IMG/VR virus record: IMGVR_UViG_3300021400_000612
Span: 25,719-89,718 of that record
DNA from: a virus
Lineage: Duplodnaviria > Caudoviricetes
Reading direction: 5' to 3' (one strand)
Length of the DNA stretch: 64,000 nt
Below the pieces are notes generated by a model, which saw nothing but the letters and a program-made list of their open reading frames with translations, made no database searches and was not told the origin of the DNA. The stretch's first letter is position 1. Each line of letters starts with the position of its first letter. Both the position numbers and the translations under genes were made by a program. Below, piece after piece: positions 59,078-64,000 of the stretch.

Positions 59078-59419
59078 TTATTTATTATTTTTACGTTTAA
59101 GATAACTAAGTGTCATAACAGAGTAGCAAGCGAGGTCAGTTAGAGTATCTTCAATAGACTCATTAACTTGCATTGTTTCTTCTTTTCCCATACAAGCAAT
59201 AAGTCTATTCATTTTATCTAAAAGACGACCAAGAGGATAACTTACGCCAAGTTTGTCACAACCTTCATCAAATGAATTGCCATAGTCATGATTTTTCTTA
59301 GCATAAAGTGTAGTCATTTTGCCAACAATATAAGCAAACATTTTAACGTGTTCATCAACAAGATAAGCTTCATCTTGAGGAACAGTAATTTTAATAAGTT
59401 CAATAGCTTCCATAATCAT
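59078..59419 (-). CDS. DUF1599 / nucleotide-modification-associated domain 1-like protein
   Basis: KKNHDYGNSF...RLLDKMNR...ESIEDTLTDLACYS. Confidence 0.8.
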   Translation of the reverse strand: MIMEAIELIKITVPQDEAYLVDEHVKMFAYIVGKMTTLYAKKNHDYGNSFDEGCDKLGVSYPLGRLLDKMNRLIACMGKEETMQVNESIEDTLTDLACYSVMTLSYLKRKNNK

Positions 59420-59823
59420 ATCAATTTAAGTTTATGTAATTTCTCAATCATAGCCACGCAAGCATCAACAAAATGCTCATATCTATCAGTTTCTATACTT
59501 TCAAGAATCTCAGAAGGGTCTTCATATATAAGTTGATACATATCGTCATCCTTGTTAATTTGCAAGTATGTTGAATAACCATCATCATCACACACCTCAT
59601 AATGAAGTTGTTCAAGCAATGCTGCAAGACTCCAACAAGGATATGCCTTATTTTCTTTATCGGTCAATTTGACATACTCTCCAACCTGAGTAGTACCATT
59701 AAAACAAGATAGTGCTCCAAAGAAAATATTTTTATATATATACATATCCGCACTTTCAATCGGCAGAAACTCTGCCAACTTTTTTGACTGTTTTATATCT
59801 GTATAACTTTTAATTGTTGCCAT
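59416..59823 (-). CDS. Hypothetical protein
   Basis: 135 aa (TDIKQSKKL...PCWSLAALL), operonic. Confidence 0.65.
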   Translation of the reverse strand: MATIKSYTDIKQSKKLAEFLPIESADMYIYKNIFFGALSCFNGTTQVGEYVKLTDKENKAYPCWSLAALLEQLHYEVCDDDGYSTYLQINKDDDMYQLIYEDPSEILESIETDRYEHFVDACVAMIEKLHKLKLI

Positions 59824-59832
59824 AGTTATTCT

Positions 59833-60063
59833 TTATTTATTTTTTTCAGAACTTCTATTATGTGGATTATCTAGCATAGACACAATGCTTATAGCAAGCT
59901 CAAAGGCTTTTGCCTGACCATCATTCCAAGAACTCCAACACTCATTCATAAGTTTGTCTTGACTATTAGAAGCAGGCTTGTTTGCCCATTCATCACTATA
60001 TTTGATAGCCTCTTTCTTTTTCCTTTTAAGAATATTAATAATATCGTCTTTAGTCATACTCAC
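59833..60063 (-). CDS. Hypothetical protein
   Basis: 76 aa, operonic. Confidence 0.55.
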   Translation of the reverse strand: MSMTKDDIINILKRKKKEAIKYSDEWANKPASNSQDKLMNECWSSWNDGQAKAFELAISIVSMLDNPHNRSSEKNK

Positions 60064-60103
60064 TTAATTTTAGACATTATCCATTCTTCATAACTTGTCA
60101 TAG

Positions 60104-60439
60104 TTATTTCTTTTTAAGTTCTGCAATCAGCGCATCAGCCTGCTCAACAGCAAGTTTAGCAATAGTTTCTTTGTTGTAGTCAATAGAGCCAAAGAAATTC
60201 ATAACTCCTTGCATGGCAGCAATAGCAGCACGTTCTCTTACATCTTGCCAATGTTTATCAGTAGCCGTTTCTATAGGCTCAAAATCCCAATAGTAGTTTA
60301 AGTTATTTGGTTCTGTATGTTCAACACCTTGTGAATCAACATAAAATACAAAGTCAAATACATCACTTCTACTTTTAGGACTTCCCATATGATAAATTAC
60401 ATCTACTATTTCTCCAGTCTTTCTTATTTTTGCTTTCAT
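60104..60439 (-). CDS. Hypothetical protein
   Basis: 111 aa; the C-terminal RERAAIAAMQG...AVEQADALIAEL segment is common in Bacteroidota phages. Confidence 0.65.
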   Translation of the reverse strand: MKAKIRKTGEIVDVIYHMGSPKSRSDVFDFVFYVDSQGVEHTEPNNLNYYWDFEPIETATDKHWQDVRERAAIAAMQGVMNFFGSIDYNKETIAKLAVEQADALIAELKKK

Positions 60440-60633
60440 ACTTTATTAGCATTATTAATAAATTTTTTACTAGCATTAAGAAGAATAGCTCCAATATGAA
60501 GCATTTGTTCTTGAGAGAGTTCTAATACACTTTTATCTATACCATCTATAAAGATAGCAATAGCAAATCCATTATCTTCAGTAGTAAGTTTAGGATTATG
60601 TATTATATGTAATTCAATATTTTCTTTTGCCAT
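60436..60633 (-). CDS. Hypothetical protein
   Basis: ATG 60633 is preferred because the longer start crosses the promoter. ATGA overlap with 60439. Confidence 0.55.
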   Translation of the reverse strand: MAKENIELHIIHNPKLTTEDNGFAIAIFIDGIDKSVLELSQEQMLHIGAILLNASKKFINNANKV

Positions 60634-60637
60634 ATTG

Positions 60638-60667
60638 CAAAGATAATAAATTTTTAGAATATACAAG
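60638..60667 (-). promoter_or_regulatory. Bacteroidota-type promoter
   Basis: On the - strand: CTTG (60667..60664), 18-bp spacer, TATCTTTG (60645..60638). Confidence 0.5.
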
Positions 60668-60873
60668 AATTTTAAGTGTTAAATCTTTCAGATAATTTTA
60701 ACGTTTCTGACAGGCTTTATTTGTCGGTGGTATAGTTAATCAGCTAAAAGATATTAACGCAGCAGAGAGGCTAAAAAGTGCCAAATAGAGCATTTTATAC
60801 TATCTATTGGCAATTTGCAAACAAAATGATACCCCTACATCAAGCTAAACACTATCAGTAGGAGTATCTACAA

Positions 60874-61227
60874 CTAGAAGATTAACTTATATACTTTGCC
60901 GTCGTTTTGGCTTTCTACAAGTTCAACACTAATGTTAACATTTTCTTTAGTAATATATTCAGGAAGTTCTTTCCAAATATCCACTAAATAAATCTTAACC
61001 TTTCCACTACTATCTTTCTTTAGAAATTTATCTTTTACATTTTCTTGTTTATTATCATAAACAGCAACATAAAAATCATATTTATCTTTATCGACATCAT
61101 ATCGTTTTAAAAGACAATATCTATCGTGATATTCTATAGTAGAAGATAGTAATCTCTTATAGCTTTTCTGAATATAATCAGAACTCGGAATAAAGGCATT
61201 TACATTATCATATGCTACTAAATTCAT
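60874..61227 (-). CDS. Hypothetical protein
   Basis: 117 aa, operonic downstream of the ligase. Confidence 0.6.
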   Translation of the reverse strand: MNLVAYDNVNAFIPSSDYIQKSYKRLLSSTIEYHDRYCLLKRYDVDKDKYDFYVAVYDNKQENVKDKFLKKDSSGKVKIYLVDIWKELPEYITKENVNISVELVESQNDGKVYKLIF

Positions 61228-61493
61228 TCTTCTTCATCTTTATCTATTTTATAAGAACTATAATATTGAAAACATAACCAATGTACTATAATTTCAAAAT
61301 ATTTATCACATTTAGAAACTCTTATAGTAGGAATAATATACCAATAATTGTCTTTATAAATACCATATTGTTTAGCAATACCATCAATATATGTATTTAT
61401 AATACGATAGTATATTTCAATAACACACAAAATAAATAGGCTCACTAGTTTTAGCAAGCCTATTATTGATAGAATAATTAAAAGTATTTTCAT
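61224..61493 (-). CDS. Membrane-anchored hypothetical protein
   Basis: N-terminal TM helix. Confidence 0.55.
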   Translation of the reverse strand: MKILLIILSIIGLLKLVSLFILCVIEIYYRIINTYIDGIAKQYGIYKDNYWYIIPTIRVSKCDKYFEIIVHWLCFQYYSSYKIDKDEEE

Positions 61494-61494
61494 A

Positions 61495-62742
61495 TTAATT
61501 ATTAATTATATTAATACCTCTAGCATGGAATGGACATTGTTTAATACCTGAACGATTTCTAAATTCTACAAGCATTAATTTACCTATATACTTTTCTTTA
61601 TTAGCAAATATTTCACGTTGAACATCTTGAGGTTTATTAATACTACATTCAAAGAGTTCATCATTAATATCGTTCCGAAGAACAAAGAGAGGAAGGTCAC
61701 TACGTTTATGCTCAGAAATAATATCAACAATAATAAACTTACCATCATCAACTTTCTTAAACTTAAACATAGCTTGATTACGTTTACCAAATTGATATTC
61801 AGCAGAAGGATTACGAAGAATAAGACCTTCAAAACCAAGAGATATATTATAATCTCTAAGTCGTGTAGCATCTTCTAAGCTAGATACTATTTCGGTGTCA
61901 AGTAAAAATATTTGAGATTTATTGTTTAAATGACTAGTTTTATCTAATATACCATAAATACTATGTTCAATGTTATTAAGTCTGAAATCATTTCTAACTT
62001 CAGCACTCATATTCTCACAACAAATATCATAACACCAATATTGAAGTTTATAATGTTGTGCAAGTTGAGTATTCTTAACAAAAGAATTAATATCATTAAC
62101 TGAATATCCAGGAAGATAAAGTTCACCATCAAGACAAGCTCCTTCTTCTATCATCATATCAAGAAGTTCTTCACTTATCTTAGGAAGGAGAATTTCATCC
62201 ATCCAATACATTTTAGAAGTCCAATCTTCACCAGTACGAGAATGATATGTTAGATGACAAAGAGTAAATAAATCTTCATAAGTTTTTTCAGCACCTATAA
62301 TACATCTAAGACCATCAATCTTCCACTGACCAAGCATAGTACCATACTTTTCAAAAGGTTTATTATCTTCAAGTACTTTAGCAAGCATAGGAAGAACAAA
62401 ACCTTCAGAAGTAGTAGAATACTTAGGAAGATAAGTATTAAGAAAAAATTTTAGATTAGAAAGACGTTGTACCTCATATTTACAAGGAGTTTCAAGTGTA
62501 TTTACTTCTTCTTGTGTTAAACCGTCTTTAAGCTCAATTAATTCTTTATAACCTTCTTTACGTTTAGCATTAACTCTAGATTGAAGTTCATTAGCATTTT
62601 TAAGAGTTATAGGAATACGTTCACTATGAAGATTACCACCAACAAGACCATATTCAATAAGTATATAGCCAGCGTTTTCAAACTCATAGCCTTTCCATAC
62701 AAGAGGTTTACCATTACTAGACCTTTTATAAAGTGTTATCAT
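61495..62742 (-). CDS. lig: ATP-dependent DNA ligase
   Basis: Motif I QWKIDGLR, LDGELY, YWCYD, EGLILR, FKFKK, an OB-fold C-terminus and a WGR-like N-terminus (YGLVGG). Confidence 0.93.
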   Translation of the reverse strand: MITLYKRSSNGKPLVWKGYEFENAGYILIEYGLVGGNLHSERIPITLKNANELQSRVNAKRKEGYKELIELKDGLTQEEVNTLETPCKYEVQRLSNLKFFLNTYLPKYSTTSEGFVLPMLAKVLEDNKPFEKYGTMLGQWKIDGLRCIIGAEKTYEDLFTLCHLTYHSRTGEDWTSKMYWMDEILLPKISEELLDMMIEEGACLDGELYLPGYSVNDINSFVKNTQLAQHYKLQYWCYDICCENMSAEVRNDFRLNNIEHSIYGILDKTSHLNNKSQIFLLDTEIVSSLEDATRLRDYNISLGFEGLILRNPSAEYQFGKRNQAMFKFKKVDDGKFIIVDIISEHKRSDLPLFVLRNDINDELFECSINKPQDVQREIFANKEKYIGKLMLVEFRNRSGIKQCPFHARGINIINN

Positions 62743-62933
62743 ACTTTTTCTAATTTAATTTCAACTTTAATAGGTTCGTCTGTATAAGACATATTATTAA
62801 ATTCAGGAAATTGTCCTGTAATATCAATCATATAAGGAGCAGAATACCAACCTTCTAATTCATCGTCATAAACAGTTTCTTCTGTATGAATATAAATTTT
62901 TCCATCTTTATCTTTAGCTACATATCCAATCAT
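62739..62933 (-). CDS. Small hypothetical protein
   Basis: 64 aa (YVAKDKDGKIY), with an ATGA overlap with the ligase. Confidence 0.6.
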   Translation of the reverse strand: MIGYVAKDKDGKIYIHTEETVYDDELEGWYSAPYMIDITGQFPEFNNMSYTDEPIKVEIKLEKV

Positions 62934-62936
62934 AAT

Positions 62937-63443
62937 TTAATCTTTTTTAGGAGGTTTAATTTTAAAAGTTAAATTACCAAACTGAGCACTAAGCTTTTTA
63001 AGTTTTTCTTTATTACTTATTTCTTTACCCATACCAGGTAAAGTACCCTCAATAGATTTCTTTCTACGGGGGTGCTTACCATGCTCTTTATCCCATTTAT
63101 CTTTAGCTTTCTTACCACCATACCAAATAGGAGGATTTTCTTTTTCGTATTCAAGATTAGCAAAATGTCTATCCATAAGAACAACAGAATAATAATCATA
63201 TTTATCCTCTTCTTCTTTTAGATATTTTTCTAAAGCATAAAGATAAGAACTAATTTCTCTTTGATAAGGATAACCAATAGTTTGCATCATTCTCATACCT
63301 TGAAGAATACGAGAACAATCTAGATAAATAAGTTGCTGATTGAGGTATCCTTGAATACTTTTCTCAGCAACTCTTTGGTCTATCATTCTATGGTCAGAAT
63401 CATCTAAAGGAATAATATAATCACGCAACTCTGTGTATTCCAT
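62937..63443 (-). CDS. Hypothetical protein with basic C-terminus
   Basis: 168 aa (HFANLEYEKENPPIWY); contains a motif copy (HPRRK). Confidence 0.65.
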   Translation of the reverse strand: MEYTELRDYIIPLDDSDHRMIDQRVAEKSIQGYLNQQLIYLDCSRILQGMRMMQTIGYPYQREISSYLYALEKYLKEEEDKYDYYSVVLMDRHFANLEYEKENPPIWYGGKKAKDKWDKEHGKHPRRKKSIEGTLPGMGKEISNKEKLKKLSAQFGNLTFKIKPPKKD

Positions 63444-63906
63444 TTCTCTTTTCTTTAAATATACAACAACGTTGAGGCTTACCCAATCTAGCGTGTATAT
63501 ATTGTGCTACAACAGCAGGATTGGTAGTATCATAATATCTACAAAACTTTATAGGACTATAGCAACAATGTTCTTCATAATTATAATCAGAAGGAACAGA
63601 TATTCCTAAAGCACCTAAGTGGTCTAACCAATTCATATCTTGAATAACATTAAAGTCATCAGAACCATCGTGGAAATCTATTTCACCATAACAAACAACT
63701 GTAGATTTGTCAATAGTAAATTTAAAACCATCTCTATCTGTTACTAAAAGTCCTTTATCTAGAGCAAGTTCTTCCTTTTCAGAAATAGGAATCATAATAA
63801 TAAGCTCAGTTTCTATTTTACTAATAGAACGGGAGCATATCACCTGATATTTCAAATCCGTCAAGGGCATCTGAATTTTGTGAAGATTTAAATCTGAGTT
63901 CGACAT
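63421..63906 (-). CDS. Hypothetical protein
   Basis: Probable start ATG 63906 (MSNSDL...), 161 aa. Confidence 0.6.
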   Translation of the reverse strand: MSNSDLNLHKIQMPLTDLKYQVICSRSISKIETELIIMIPISEKEELALDKGLLVTDRDGFKFTIDKSTVVCYGEIDFHDGSDDFNVIQDMNWLDHLGALGISVPSDYNYEEHCCYSPIKFCRYYDTTNPAVVAQYIHARLGKPQRCCIFKEKRNGIHRVA

Positions 63907-64000
63907 ATTTTTTAGTATCTTCAATAAATCTATTAATTTGGTTTTTATTAAATTTATCGTGAAGGTCTGCAAAATCTTTGCAATTAAAATTAGGTAGACC

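Larger units (their letters stand above)
3714..63075. repeat. Dispersed 15-16-bp motif TCT(T/C)CTAC(G/A)GGGG(A/T)GC, about 25 copies, both strands
   Basis: Perfect TCTACGGGGG core on + at 4220, 9741, 20304, 21454, 23397, 37049, 42982, 53919, 55255, 63061 and on - at 20874, 28996, 35184, 55294. Variants at 3714(-), 14962(+), 15113(-), 17709(-), 28604(+), 39390(-), 46623(-), 47886(+), 50742(+), 57792(-), 58891(-). Numbers are leftmost motif coordinates, found by eye. Confidence 0.95.

Noticed and set aside
40451-62742. Introns, inteins or homing endonucleases in RNAP, thyX or ligase
   Set aside because: Frames are continuous, thyX and the ligase are of normal length, and I saw no intein termini or HNH/LAGLIDADG/GIY-YIG motifs.
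3714-63075. Dispersed motif interpreted as a CRISPR array or IS ends
   Set aside because: Copies are kilobases apart, mostly inside genes and in both orientations, with no regular spacers, cas genes, transposase or target duplications.
1-64000. Stop-codon reassignment (TAG=Gln or TGA=Trp), known in some crAss-like phages
   Set aside because: Genes up to 13 kb are open under the standard code and coding density is high. TAG and TGA sit at gene ends followed by new starts; for example, read-through at 31697 hits TGA two codons later.
1-64000. tRNA or rRNA genes
   Set aside because: No GC-rich cloverleaf, T-loop (GGTTCGA) context or rRNA-like segment in the few intergenic gaps.

Overview
This window is a 64-kb segment of a crAss-like phage genome (Crassvirales), AT-rich (about 30-33% GC by eye) and read in the standard genetic code. 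The capsid protein and gene order most resemble the prototype crAssphage group; this is recognition from memory, not a database result. A Bacteroidota host is inferred from several TTTG-N19/20-TAnnTTTG promoters. Positions 1-53.6 kb form a + strand virion module: 3' part of the portal, head-associated proteins, major capsid protein, tail ring and adaptor proteins, a beta-helix tailspike, a collagen-like fibre, an accessory cassette with its own promoters (17.2-21.2 kb), the tail stabilisation (muzzle) protein, three cargo proteins, a 2318-aa protein with an HExxH zincin motif, and a 4374-aa DFDID-type RNA polymerase. Positions 53.7-64 kb hold convergent - strand genes: thioredoxin, dUTPase, DUF932, Gp157, ThyX, DUF1599-like, ATP-dependent DNA ligase and small ORFs. 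The most striking unexplained signal is a GC-rich 15-16-bp motif, consensus TCT(T/C)CTAC(G/A)GGGG(A/T)GC. It occurs at least 14 times with a perfect core and about 11 more times as variants, on both strands, in five reading frames inside genes and in intergenic hairpins. Other oddities are a 118-bp A/T-only tract, two homologous intergenic elements with a flipped internal block, near-total GATC avoidance, three separate HExxH proteins and several small ORFs missing from the ORF track. I saw no tRNA, CRISPR array, intron, intein, reverse transcriptase or stop-codon recoding.
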